Source: Wenzhouxiangella sp.
GTDB lineage: Bacteria; Pseudomonadota; Gammaproteobacteria; Xanthomonadales; Wenzhouxiangellaceae
Assembly: GCA_041747995.1 (NCBI GenBank)
Contig: JBGTEC010000038.1
Location: 16,327 to 80,326 of the forward strand
DNA length: 64,000 nucleotides
Direction of reading: 5' to 3'
Part shown: in pieces, positions 9,960-22,578 of the stretch
Layout of the letters: each line of letters begins with the position of its first letter
How positions within the stretch are numbered: position 1 is the stretch's first letter
Position numbers and translations under genes: made by a program
The notes under the pieces: generated by a model
Databases searched by the model: none
What the model saw: the letters and a program-made list of their open reading frames with translations, nothing else
Told to the model about the DNA's origin: nothing

Positions 9960-10384
9960 TTTTGAACTCCAGACCATTCGTTCCTGGCGCCATCTGCTGT
10001 TGTTCGCTGATTCTCCGCTCGGCCCAGGCCAGCGCTTCACGGGATTGGTCGATGTCCTCATGCTGTTCGCCAAGCAGATCCTGCCGCATGGCCAAGGCCT
10101 GCCCGAACAGCTCGGCGGCAGCTTAGCGCAACCGTTTCCGGCACATGGTCGTCCAGCATGGCATCGCCGATTCGCTCGAACAGGGTTTGCAGGTACCGGG
10201 TCGGCTCCTGGCTGGCGGCGACCAGTTCCGCCACCCAGGTATGAATTCGTGGCACTCGCGCGCCTAATTGATCAAGCTTGGAGCGGCGATTGACTGGCGC
10301 CAGCTCCAGTAAATGATCAACGACTTGATCAATCAGCCGCCGCCGGGCGGGGGTGAGACGAGGTCTGGTGCGCTTGCCCGTCAT
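9949..10384 (-). pseudogene. Relic of a Ser/Thr protein kinase-TPR gene with large internal deletion and frameshift
   Basis: 10384-~10125 encodes a kinase-type N-terminal helical segment (LIDQVVDHLLELAPVNRRSKLDQL..WVAELVAA..YL). Another frame from ~10122 to 9949 encodes AAAELFGQALAMRQDLLGEQHEDIDQSREALAWAE..., a terminal TPR whose stop overlaps the ECF start. No kinase motifs remain. Confidence 0.75.
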
Positions 10385-11457
10385 TTGACGCGCGCGGTTC
10401 GGATGATTTTTCGGCAGCGCAGAAGCAGGTAGTTGACCGCAATCCAGAATTGCCTGAAGGCGGGGTTCCGGGTTTGCTTGTGGTGATATCGGTAATAGAT
10501 CTGCTGAGCAATCACTGCCAGACGAAACAAGCCGTAAACCTCGTAGAAGGCCCAGTTGTCGGGCTTGAGACCCGTCTGACCGCAGTAATAATCGACCACC
10601 TCAGCGCGCGTCATCATGCCCGGAAGGTGAGTCGGCTGGCGCCGAAAGCCGCGGAAATAGCGATCGTCGTCAGCCTGGACCCAGTAGGCCATGGAATTGC
10701 CCAGGTCCATCAACGGGTCGCCGAGCGTGGCCAGCTCCCAGTCGAGGACGCCGATGATTCTTTCAGGATCCTCGGCCTCCAGAACCAGGTTATCGAAGCG
10801 GTAGTCCCCGTGGATCAGGCAGACGTCAACTTCGTCTGGGATACGCTCGGCCAGCCAGTCCATGACATAGCGCCCGGCCATGACGTTCCAGGTTTTTGCC
10901 TTGCCGAAGCGGGTGGACCAGCCTTCGATCTGGCGCCTGTTGTAGCCCTGCCCTTTGCCAAGCGTGTCCAGACCCGCTGCCGCCACATCCACCTGGTGAA
11001 GTTCGATCAGCCGGTCTATCGCATTGCGGCACAAGGTCTGCACCTGGTTCTTGTCCAGTTCCAGACCCTTGGGCGGATTGGCTCGCAAGATGATGCCTTC
11101 CAGCCGCTCCATGACGTAGAAGTCGAAGCCGAGCACCGATTGGTCGGTGCACACGGCAAGCATCTCGGGCACGTAAGGAAAAACCGGCGCCAGCGCTTTC
11201 TGAATATCGTGTTCACGCACCATGTTGTGCGCGGATCTGGCCTTGGTGCCGGACGGGGGCCGGCGCAGGATGAGGTCCCTGTTCGAATAGCGCAGAAGGT
11301 AGGTCAGGTTCGACGCACCTCTCGAAAACTGCTCGATCTCCGGAGTACCGGTTAGCCCTGTGATATGCGCCTTCAGCCATTCATCCAGCTTCTTCAGATC
11401 CAGCTGGTCTTCTGACCGTACCGGGCGTGGCTGATCAATCAGGTCACTATTGGTCAT
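10381..11457 (-). CDS. Phosphotransferase family protein (APH / ACAD10-11 N-terminal-like)
   Basis: GASNLTY, LRRPP, HGDYRFDN and VLDWELATLGDP motifs. Confidence 0.9.
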   Translation of the reverse strand: MTNSDLIDQPRPVRSEDQLDLKKLDEWLKAHITGLTGTPEIEQFSRGASNLTYLLRYSNRDLILRRPPSGTKARSAHNMVREHDIQKALAPVFPYVPEMLAVCTDQSVLGFDFYVMERLEGIILRANPPKGLELDKNQVQTLCRNAIDRLIELHQVDVAAAGLDTLGKGQGYNRRQIEGWSTRFGKAKTWNVMAGRYVMDWLAERIPDEVDVCLIHGDYRFDNLVLEAEDPERIIGVLDWELATLGDPLMDLGNSMAYWVQADDDRYFRGFRRQPTHLPGMMTRAEVVDYYCGQTGLKPDNWAFYEVYGLFRLAVIAQQIYYRYHHKQTRNPAFRQFWIAVNYLLLRCRKIIRTARVK

Positions 11458-11612
11458 TTTTTTGGAAATTCAGCGAACCAGAATCTCAATACTACCCCAG
11501 GCGGGTCACCGCTTTGATCGGTCGACGTGTATCCCGGACGAATGGCACGCTTCCATTCCAGCCAACGTCACCCTATACTGAAATGAAAGACTAACATCAT
11601 CGGCTAGCAGGT

Positions 11613-12728
11613 ATGGAGACACCAAGGGCGGCTAGCGACATTCAGCGTCAGCCAACAAAACTGAAGCCTGCAATTCCCATTGCACTGGAACCGCCTGGCT
11701 TGATGGGTCAGAGTCAGGGGCGAATAAAGTATCCATCGTGGCTTCGGACACTGTTGGCCCAGTTCAACCATGACTTCCAGTTTGCCATCATCCTTTCGTT
11801 CGGTCTGCTGGCTGCGCTGACCGTCTCCGGCTTCGCCGTGTACCGATTGTTGACGGGCTTCTGGATCGGGGCGGGGGTCAATGCAATCATTGTCCTGGCG
11901 GTTTCGTCAATCGTGATCTACACCATCCGTACCGGCAATACCCAGCGGTCCGGGTTCCTGTTCGCATTGTTCAACGTGGTTGCGTGTGTCGCCAGTTCCC
12001 TGGTCTTTGAGCGCACCGGCATCCTGTGGGGTTTTCTCGGCTTGTGGATCAACTTTCTCCTCACCCACCGTCGCAACGCCGTCATTCTCAACCTGGCCAT
12101 GGTCGCCGCGCTGGTTCCGACTACCGAACTGCTCGAATCCACGGTTGAAGTCCTGACCTATGTCATCACTTCCGCGTTGATCACCGCATACGGCTTCATT
12201 TTTTCTCAACGGCTGGACACCCAGCAACGCCTGCTTGAGCAGATGGCCACCCGTGACCCACTGACCGGGGTGGGCAATCGGCGCAGCATGAAAAAAGACC
12301 TGACCAGGGCTGTGGAATCACTTGTCGACAACGGGAAATCGGCGACGCTGATTCTGATCGATCTTGATTTCTTCAAACAAATCAACGACAAGCACGGTCA
12401 CGACATCGGTGATCAAACCCTGATCATGTTTGCCGAAGCCATGCGCCAGCATATTCGCGGTGAAGATGGGTTTTACCGCTTCGGCGGCGAAGAGTTCGTC
12501 GTCCTGCTACCGGGCGTGGACCCCGAAAAGGGTCTGGAAATAGCTACCAAACTACACCAGACTATCAGTGGCGAACTGATTGGCCCGGCCGGGCCAATAT
12601 GCTTCTCGGCCGGCGTTGCCTCACTAAGTCCGGATGAAAACTGGGAACAGTGGCTGGGTCGGGCCGACAAGGCCATGTACTTCGCCAAACAGGCCGGGCG
12701 AGATCAGATACGCATTTGCTCTAATTAG
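11613..12728 (+). CDS. Membrane-bound diguanylate cyclase (GGDEF)
   Basis: Several TM helices, then DPLTG.GNRR, DLDFFKQINDKHGHDIGD, RxxD I-site (RGED) and RFGGEEF. Start uncertain. Confidence 0.9.
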   Translation: METPRAASDIQRQPTKLKPAIPIALEPPGLMGQSQGRIKYPSWLRTLLAQFNHDFQFAIILSFGLLAALTVSGFAVYRLLTGFWIGAGVNAIIVLAVSSIVIYTIRTGNTQRSGFLFALFNVVACVASSLVFERTGILWGFLGLWINFLLTHRRNAVILNLAMVAALVPTTELLESTVEVLTYVITSALITAYGFIFSQRLDTQQRLLEQMATRDPLTGVGNRRSMKKDLTRAVESLVDNGKSATLILIDLDFFKQINDKHGHDIGDQTLIMFAEAMRQHIRGEDGFYRFGGEEFVVLLPGVDPEKGLEIATKLHQTISGELIGPAGPICFSAGVASLSPDENWEQWLGRADKAMYFAKQAGRDQIRICSN

Positions 12729-12746
12729 TTCTCAAGCCTGGTGCGG

Positions 12747-13796
<1,050 letters not shown>

Positions 13797-13800
13797 TTAC

Positions 13801-13830
13801 AAAAAAGCCCCGCAATGGCGGGGCTTTTCT
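13801..13830 (-). terminator. Intrinsic terminator after rplU-rpmA (potentially bidirectional)
   Basis: AAAAGCCCCGC-aatg-GCGGGGCTTTT stem with T tracts on both strands. Confidence 0.85.
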
Positions 13831-13847
13831 TGCCAACCATTGCGCTA

Positions 13848-14123
13848 GGGAGCCTCGGAACAAGTCTGCGCGGAGCCCGTTTCTGTCTCAAAAGCCGCAG
13901 ATCGTGTGGTGCGAACCGAGTGACAGTAGCCGTAGCTACGGCCGAGGGGCGCGACGCGCGAGATGCGGCTATTGAGGCGAAACCCTGCGGGACGGGCCTT
14001 TGCGGGGTCTCCGCCTCGTTTGGGTTCGCTCATTTGGAATGACCAAACCGCGCTCGCCCAAGCCGAACCGGAGCCTCCCGCAAAGGCACCGTCGCGCCCG
14101 CGCAGACTTGTTCCGAGGCTCCC
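13848..14123. mobile_element. MITE-like non-autonomous element, 276 bp
   Basis: Perfect 28-bp inverted repeats including flanking TA: 13846-13873 TAGGGAGCCTCGGAACAAGTCTGCGCGG and its reverse complement at 14098-14125. No transposase; internal hairpins. Confidence 0.85.
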
Positions 14124-14129
14124 TAACGC

Positions 14130-14390
14130 TTATTCGGCGGGCTGGATGGAGACAAACTTGCGCAGCGGCTTGCCACGCTGTTCGAAGACCACCTTGCCAT
14201 CGCTGAGCGCGAACAGGGTATGGTCGCGGCCAACCTTGACGTTTTCGCCAGCGTGAAAGCGCGTGCCGCGTTGCCGCACGAGAATATTGCCGGCCAGAAC
14301 CTGTTCGCCGCCGTAGCGCTTGACGCCCAGGTACTTCGGATTTGAATCGCGGCCGTTGCGTGTCGAGCCGCCTGCTTTCTTGTGAGCCAT
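14130..14390 (-). CDS. rpmA: 50S ribosomal protein L27
   Basis: [21 protein letters not shown]. Confidence 0.99.
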   Translation of the reverse strand: MAHKKAGGSTRNGRDSNPKYLGVKRYGGEQVLAGNILVRQRGTRFHAGENVKVGRDHTLFALSDGKVVFEQRGKPLRKFVSIQPAE

Positions 14391-14394
14391 CTGA

Positions 14395-14706
14395 TTAGCC
14401 CTCGATTCCGGTGATTTTGAGGTCAGTGTAATACTGACGGTGACCCATCTGCTTCATATGGTGCTTGCGGCGACGGAACTTGATGATCCGGATTTTATCG
14501 CCGCGGCCGTGATCGACCACCTCGGCAGTGACTTTTCCGCCATCGACGATCGGTGCGCCGATGCGGACATCTTCGCCTTCGCCAACCATCAGGACTTGAT
14601 CGATTTGGATCGTGGCGCCTTTTTCAGCATCGAGTTTCTCGACCCGGACGATGTCGCCCTGAGCTGCCCGGTACTGTTTGCCGCCGGTGGTGAATACCGC
14701 GTACAT
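14395..14706 (-). CDS. rplU: 50S ribosomal protein L21
   Basis: [19 protein letters not shown]. Confidence 0.99.
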   Translation of the reverse strand: MYAVFTTGGKQYRAAQGDIVRVEKLDAEKGATIQIDQVLMVGEGEDVRIGAPIVDGGKVTAEVVDHGRGDKIRIIKFRRRKHHMKQMGHRQYYTDLKITGIEG

Positions 14707-14743
14707 TGACTTGCTCCAGAAAGTGGTTTAGCAAAGAGCGGGA

Positions 14744-14772
14744 ATTTTACCGGATCGAGGCAATTCGGTCAA
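14744..14772 (-). promoter_or_regulatory. Sigma70 promoter of rplU-rpmA
   Basis: TTGACC-17 nt-TAAAAT followed by a GC-rich discriminator. Confidence 0.75.
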
Positions 14773-14886
14773 GGCTGGAATCCTGCTGTGAAACCGACGT
14801 CCGTACAGCTTTTTTTGGCCAGACCTTTGCGCCGCCCTCACGCAGCGCGATATATTAACAGGCTTGGCTCGAACAAGCGGCTTGGC

Positions 14887-17826
<2,940 letters not shown>

Positions 17827-17838
17827 TAGCGGGCAGGT

Positions 17839-18396
17839 TCAGTCCCGCCGGTAACGCCTCATGTAGAACTGCAGGGCAATCCAGTCGTACAGAAAATGGA
17901 CGACGATGGGAATCAGCAGATTGCCGGTCCACAGGTACAGCAGACCGAGGTAGAAGCCGGCCAGGGTGGCGATGACAAAGTAGGCGCGGGTCATGGCATG
18001 CACCAGACCAAACAGCAGTGAGGCGACGACCAGCGCGCCCCAGGGCCCGACCAGGCCGGCCAGACCGCCCTGAACCACGCCCCGGAACAGCAGCTCTTCC
18101 CCGATACCAGCAGCCAGGGCGACCAGCGCCAGCCCCCACCACGGCGCGTCGCCGAACCAGGGCACCAGTACCCGTCGAACGAAATCTTCCAACTCACTGA
18201 GCCAGTGCCAGCCCGTCAGGCGCAGTAGAAGCAAGGACAGAACCATTGGCACGGTGGCGGCAAGCGCAAGCAGCCAGGCCATTGCAGTCCATTCAAATTC
18301 CAGCCACGGCGCCAGCCCAAACATCAGCGCCAGCACAATCGCCAGCACCCCCAGACCTGCCTCGAGCAAAATGATTTTGACCAACGTAGATTTCAA
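17839..18396 (-). CDS. CPBP (Abi/CAAX-type) intramembrane glutamic endopeptidase
   Basis: GEELLFRG, FGLVH and HFLYD motifs in a multi-TM protein. Confidence 0.88.
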   Translation of the reverse strand: MKSTLVKIILLEAGLGVLAIVLALMFGLAPWLEFEWTAMAWLLALAATVPMVLSLLLLRLTGWHWLSELEDFVRRVLVPWFGDAPWWGLALVALAAGIGEELLFRGVVQGGLAGLVGPWGALVVASLLFGLVHAMTRAYFVIATLAGFYLGLLYLWTGNLLIPIVVHFLYDWIALQFYMRRYRRD

Positions 18397-18397
18397 G

Positions 18398-18512
18398 CCG
18401 TTTCCTTTTCCCGTCTCCCCTCTCCGAACCCGCTGTAGCGAAAGGAAAAAAGAAATTTCACCACAGAGGCACGGAGGTCATTCATTTTCACCTTTCACCT
18501 TTCACCTTTTCC
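18398..18512. repeat. Truncated composite repeat: pyrimidine heptamers + REP-like arm + (TTTCACC)3
   Basis: Arm TTCACCACAGAGGCACGGAGGTCA at 18457-18480, tail GAACCCGCTGT at 18426-18436, TTTCACC x3 at 18486-18506. Reverse complement matches 22639-22710 and 22323-22357. Confidence 0.8.
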
Positions 18513-18586
18513 CCGCCTCTACTCCGCCTTTTCTTCCCCCGCGTTTCCGGCTATCCTGCACACCCGCCCAACCCGCGCGTCTGCCC

Positions 18587-18991
18587 ATGTCCGATTTCCG
18601 CATTCAACTCGTCGTTCGCTGGGGCGATCTTGACGCCTTCAACCACATCAGCAATGTGACCTATCTGCGATACCTGGAAGAATGCCGCGCACAGTGGATG
18701 GATCATGTCCCAAGCCATTGGCAGGGTGCCGAAAGCGGCCCCGTGGTTGCTAATATCAACATCAATTTCAGGAAGGCCATTCTGTGGCCGGCGACGATTG
18801 ACGTCACGCTGAAACCACTCTCCCCCGGCCGTTCCAGCATCAAGCTCGAACATGAAATCAGGGCCGTGGACCGTCACGGGAAAAAGGGCGACCTCCACGC
18901 CGACGCGACCACGACCCTGGTCTGGATCGACAAGAAAAGCGGCGACCCCGTCCCTCTTCCCGTCAGTATCCGCGAACTCGCGAGTCGCTGA
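18587..18991 (+). CDS. Acyl-CoA thioesterase (4HBT/YbgC-like hotdog fold)
   Basis: VRWGDLDAFNHISNVTYLRYLEECR. Start moved to ATG 18587. Confidence 0.9.
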   Translation: MSDFRIQLVVRWGDLDAFNHISNVTYLRYLEECRAQWMDHVPSHWQGAESGPVVANININFRKAILWPATIDVTLKPLSPGRSSIKLEHEIRAVDRHGKKGDLHADATTTLVWIDKKSGDPVPLPVSIRELASR

Positions 18992-19004
18992 CTACCCTCG
19001 CTGA

Positions 19005-19319
19005 TCACTCGATATAGTTCAGGCCGACCCGGGCAATGCCCTCATCCACGATATTGATCCAGCGCACCTCGGCCTGGACCACGCCCAGTCGCGCGACTTT
19101 GACCGCGCAGCGATCTCCGGGCTCGAGGCGCTGGTGAATCTGGCGCTCCAGAACCACCAAACCACAGCCGGCACGGGACTCTTCCATGACCAGTGCCGAG
19201 ATCTCGGGGCGAAAGCTGTTGTCGTCCACGGCCGCATCCGTACACTGGATCAGGGCCATTTCCCACTCATCAGGCGGGAAACGCAGATGTCGACGCTTGT
19301 TGACGGCTTGCTTGGTCAT
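19005..19319 (-). CDS. Single-domain PilZ-like protein
   Basis: KRRHLRF (RxxxR), EESRAGCG (D/NxSxxG variant), AEVRW..VGL. Confidence 0.7.
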   Translation of the reverse strand: MTKQAVNKRRHLRFPPDEWEMALIQCTDAAVDDNSFRPEISALVMEESRAGCGLVVLERQIHQRLEPGDRCAVKVARLGVVQAEVRWINIVDEGIARVGLNYIE

Positions 19320-19413
19320 GATTGAACCCTCCTTTCATTGCTGCGGACGAATGCCGCAAACCCCGCCCAGCATATAAGACTTGGCGAATCCAGGCAATTT
19401 ATCCGAAGCCAGA

Positions 19414-20169
19414 CTACTTCTTCTTCAGACGCTCCACCAGCGCCTTCAAGGTGGCCTGGGTCGGCTCGGCGAACCAGCCCTTGACGAACGAATCGGTATC
19501 GAGATTGGCCATGTCGTCAAAAAGCTGAGCCAGATCAGCCCGGCACAGGCGGCGCGTGGCCTCCATGGCATGAGCTGGCAGGGCAAGATGTCGTCGGCAC
19601 CAGGCCAGTGCTTCGCCAACAACCTCGTCCGGTGGCGCCAGTTCATCGACCAGACCAATGGCCAGGGCATCTTCAGCAGGGATCATCTGGCCGGCCACCA
19701 GGTGGCGCTCTGCCGCGTAAACGCCGATCAGCCGGGTCAGCGCCTGATGGATGACCGGAGGGACCACCAGGCCGACCTGAACTTCGTTCAGGCCCAATTG
19801 AAAATCCCCCTGGGCCTGGACACGATAATCGCAAAACAGGGCGATCACCGTGCCGCCAGCAGGGCTATGGCCCGTCAGGGCAGCGACGACAGGAATCTGC
19901 GAGCGCGCCACCCGTGCCAGCAAGGCAAAAAACGATGCCCAGAATTCACGCATGCCCGATTCGTCCAGGGTCAACAACTCGGGAACGTCCAGCCCTGCTG
20001 AAAAAAGGCCAGAACGCCCCGAGAGCACCAGCGCACGGGCACCGTCGTCCAGGGCCTGGCCCATTGCCTGATCGAGATCGCGAACAAGCTTCGGATTCAA
20101 GGCATTCACCGGCGGTCGGTTCAAGCGCAGTTCGATGATGTCGTCTGGATGGGTGAATTGTTCGATCAT
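19414..20169 (-). CDS. Enoyl-CoA hydratase/isomerase (delta3,delta2-enoyl-CoA isomerase-like)
   Basis: FSAGLD, GHSPAGG, GLNEVQVGL crotonase motifs. Confidence 0.9.
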   Translation of the reverse strand: MIEQFTHPDDIIELRLNRPPVNALNPKLVRDLDQAMGQALDDGARALVLSGRSGLFSAGLDVPELLTLDESGMREFWASFFALLARVARSQIPVVAALTGHSPAGGTVIALFCDYRVQAQGDFQLGLNEVQVGLVVPPVIHQALTRLIGVYAAERHLVAGQMIPAEDALAIGLVDELAPPDEVVGEALAWCRRHLALPAHAMEATRRLCRADLAQLFDDMANLDTDSFVKGWFAEPTQATLKALVERLKKK

Positions 20170-20312
20170 GTGAGGTCGGGTCCTGGTTCAGAGATCATCG
20201 GCTATGGTGATGGGCGAGCAAGGAAATGACAAACCGCTTGGCAAGGGTACTATAACTCTCACGCACCATGAACGGATGCGGGACAATGGCGCTGAGACGT
20301 ACTGGTTGATAA

Positions 20313-20750
20313 ATGAAAATGCTGTACCGAAAAACTCTTGCACTAGTGGTACTTGCCACCCTGAGCCTGGCACTGGCAGCAGCAGATGTGCTGGAAATTC
20401 GCGATGCCTGGTCACCGGAGGCACCACCGGCCCGGATGATGGCAAGTTTCATGACACTGCACAATCCCGGCTCGGAAACGGTCGTGATCAAGGCAGCCGA
20501 AAGCGACCAGTTCGGCCGGGTGGAAATTCATACCATGACCATGGATGACGGCGTCATGCGAATGCGACGACTCGATCGACTGAAAATCGAGCCTGGCGCA
20601 ACCATCCAGCTCAAATCCGGCGGCATACACCTCATGCTGATCAGGCCCCTGGGCCATTTCACACGCGGAGACGAGATCAAGATCAGCTTGATTACCGAAG
20701 ACGATGAACGGCTGGAACTGATCTCGACGGTGCGCCCGCGCCAACCCTGA
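20313..20750 (+). CDS. Periplasmic copper chaperone PCu(A)C
   Basis: Signal peptide; EIHTM..GVMRM..GGIHLML Cu-binding motif. Confidence 0.9.
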   Translation: MKMLYRKTLALVVLATLSLALAAADVLEIRDAWSPEAPPARMMASFMTLHNPGSETVVIKAAESDQFGRVEIHTMTMDDGVMRMRRLDRLKIEPGATIQLKSGGIHLMLIRPLGHFTRGDEIKISLITEDDERLELISTVRPRQP

Positions 20751-20812
20751 GCGAGCAACACGCTGTAACAGCGTTCCCTTATGATGAAAGCCAGATGCCA
20801 GGGAATGCTTTG

Positions 20813-22288
20813 ATGTTCGCTTACGAGCCGATGACAACCGCACTGCTGATGACAGCCTTTGGCCTGTTGTTGCTGTTCAGTGTGTTGTTCAGCCGCCCTT
20901 CGGAGCGAATCGGCATCCCGGTCGTGCTGGTTTTCCTGCTCATCGGGCTGATCGTTGGCTCCTCACTGCCCGAGCATTTTGTCGACTTCGACCTGGCCTT
21001 CCGGATCGGCACTTTCGGCCTGGTTCTGATTCTGTTCGATGGCGGTCTGAACACTCCCTTCAAGCAGGTTCGCCAGTACCTGGCACCGGCGTCACTGCTG
21101 GCGACCCTTGGTGTCGTCGGAACAGCGCTGATCGTCGCCCTGATCGCTTACCTGCTTGGTCTGGGCTGGCTCGAAGCCATGCTGGTCGGCGCCATTGTTT
21201 CGTCCACTGACGCGGCCGCCGTGTTTTCCTCGCTGCGTGGCTCCGGCGTTCAGTTGCGACGGCGTGTCGGTGCCACGCTGGAACTGGAATCCGGCCTGAA
21301 CGATCCCATGGCGGTCATTCTGACAATCACCCTTGCCACCCTGCTGGCCAGCGATCAGAGTTTTTCACTACTGCCCTTTCTTGGAAACGTGGCCCTTCAA
21401 CTGACAGTCGGACTCGGGGCCGGCCTGCTGATCGGCTGGCTGGGCACCCAGTTGCTGGATCGCATTCGCGTTCCCGCCGCGGGCCTGTATCCGGCGTTGA
21501 CCCTGGCTTTGGCTTTTCTGGCCTTCGGACTGCCAACACTGTTTCTTGGATCAGGCTTTCTGGCGGTCTACATCGCCGCCCTGATGCTGGGCAACCAGCG
21601 ACTGCCCTATCGGTCCGGAATCCTGAGGGTGCATGACGCCATGGCCTGGCTGGCGCAGATTTCCATGTTCCTGGTACTCGGCCTGCTGGCCGTGCCGGAA
21701 CTGCTGGCAGCGGCGGGATGGCGCGGGCTGGCGCTCGCCTTCACCCTCGCCTTTATCGCCCGGCCCGTCATGGTTATGTTGTGCCTGTTGCCGTTTCGCT
21801 ATAGCGGAGCAGAATCCGGGTTTGTTTCCTGGGTGGGCCTGCGCGGCGCCGTGCCAATTCTGCTGGCGACCTACCCGGTCCTGGCCGGCATTGATGGCGC
21901 CTACGAACTGTTCCACCTGGTGTTTTTTGTAGTCGTCGTCAATGCCCTGATCCCCGGGGCGACCGTGCGCTGGGCAGTGCAACTGTTCAATGTCGAACGG
22001 GCCGGTCTGGACAGGCCCTCACCGGTTCTCGAAATCAATGCGATCGATTCGTTACCGGTACAGATCATCTCCTTCAGGCTCGACCCGGCAGCCATGGTGA
22101 CCGGCAACCGCGCCGGCGCCCTGCCCTTGCCCAAGGGTGCCGATATTCTATTGCTGGTGCGGGACAAGCAAGCCTTGCCGGTGGGACCGGATACCCTGTT
22201 GCTGCCTGACGATCACGTCCACGTCATGGTGCGACCGGACGACAAGCGGGCCGTGGAGCTGATGTTCGGGCTGCGGGAGGAGGATTGA
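20813..22288 (+). CDS. cvrA: K+/H+ antiporter NhaP2/CvrA-like (CPA1) with C-terminal RCK-C domain
   Basis: LILFDGGL, STDAAAVF, ESGLNDPMAV, GLRGAVPI. Alternative start at 20795. Confidence 0.88.
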   Translation: MFAYEPMTTALLMTAFGLLLLFSVLFSRPSERIGIPVVLVFLLIGLIVGSSLPEHFVDFDLAFRIGTFGLVLILFDGGLNTPFKQVRQYLAPASLLATLGVVGTALIVALIAYLLGLGWLEAMLVGAIVSSTDAAAVFSSLRGSGVQLRRRVGATLELESGLNDPMAVILTITLATLLASDQSFSLLPFLGNVALQLTVGLGAGLLIGWLGTQLLDRIRVPAAGLYPALTLALAFLAFGLPTLFLGSGFLAVYIAALMLGNQRLPYRSGILRVHDAMAWLAQISMFLVLGLLAVPELLAAAGWRGLALAFTLAFIARPVMVMLCLLPFRYSGAESGFVSWVGLRGAVPILLATYPVLAGIDGAYELFHLVFFVVVVNALIPGATVRWAVQLFNVERAGLDRPSPVLEINAIDSLPVQIISFRLDPAAMVTGNRAGALPLPKGADILLLVRDKQALPVGPDTLLLPDDHVHVMVRPDDKRAVELMFGLREED

Positions 22289-22313
22289 GGTCGGCCCTGG
22301 GGGCCGACGGGGG

Positions 22314-22400
22314 AAAGGTATAAAAGGTGAAAGGTGAAAGGTGAAAGGTGAAAGGTGAAAGGTTAAGAAAGGGGAGACGGGAGAGGGAAGAGGGGAGAGG
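22314..22400 (+). repeat. Heptamer tandem repeats
   Basis: AAAGGTG x5 exact at 22323-22357 plus variants, followed by GGGAGAC/GGGAGAG/GGAAGAG units. Confidence 0.9.
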
Positions 22401-22426
22401 GAACCCGGCCCCACCGCATAATCGCG

Positions 22427-22502
22427 GTCATCCCGGACTTGATCCGGGATCTACCAAGTCCAGCCTGGGAGTCGACCGCAAGTTCGAGATCCCGGCTCGA
22501 GG
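22427..22502. repeat. GTCATCCCGG-type REP-like palindrome, second arm truncated
   Basis: GTCATCCCGGACTTGATCCGGGATCT ... AGATCCCGGCTCGAGG. Confidence 0.65.
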
Positions 22503-22578
22503 AAGGAGGCAAACCGGAGGGCGTAAGACAGGAGAGGGACGAGAAGGGAAATGGGAGGCGGGAGACGGAAAGGCGTTA

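Noticed and set aside
9960-10073. N-terminal extension of the ECF sigma in the ORF track (237 aa)
   Set aside because: This stretch encodes the kinase relic's TPR tail in another frame; sigma similarity begins after ATG 9959.
10381-11457. APH-family protein as the replacement kinase for the ECF
   Set aside because: Motifs match small-molecule/acyl-CoA kinases (ACAD10/11-like), not Hanks-type protein kinases; adjacency is the only link.
13845-14033. 62-aa ORF inside the MITE as a transposase or peptide
   Set aside because: Too short, no DDE/HUH motif, no RBS.
14773-14886. LexA box upstream of uvrA (and of ssb at 33165-33296)
   Set aside because: No CTG-N10-CAG with correct spacing was found; CTGT...ACAG at ~14786-14808 is spaced too widely.
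18254-18586. N-terminal extension of the thioesterase ORF and ORFs across 22148-22611 (SPFTFHL repeats)
   Set aside because: These are translations of heptamer DNA repeats, not protein features.
22314-22364. Tandem repeats as a CRISPR array
   Set aside because: Contiguous 7-mers with no unique spacers and no cas genes.
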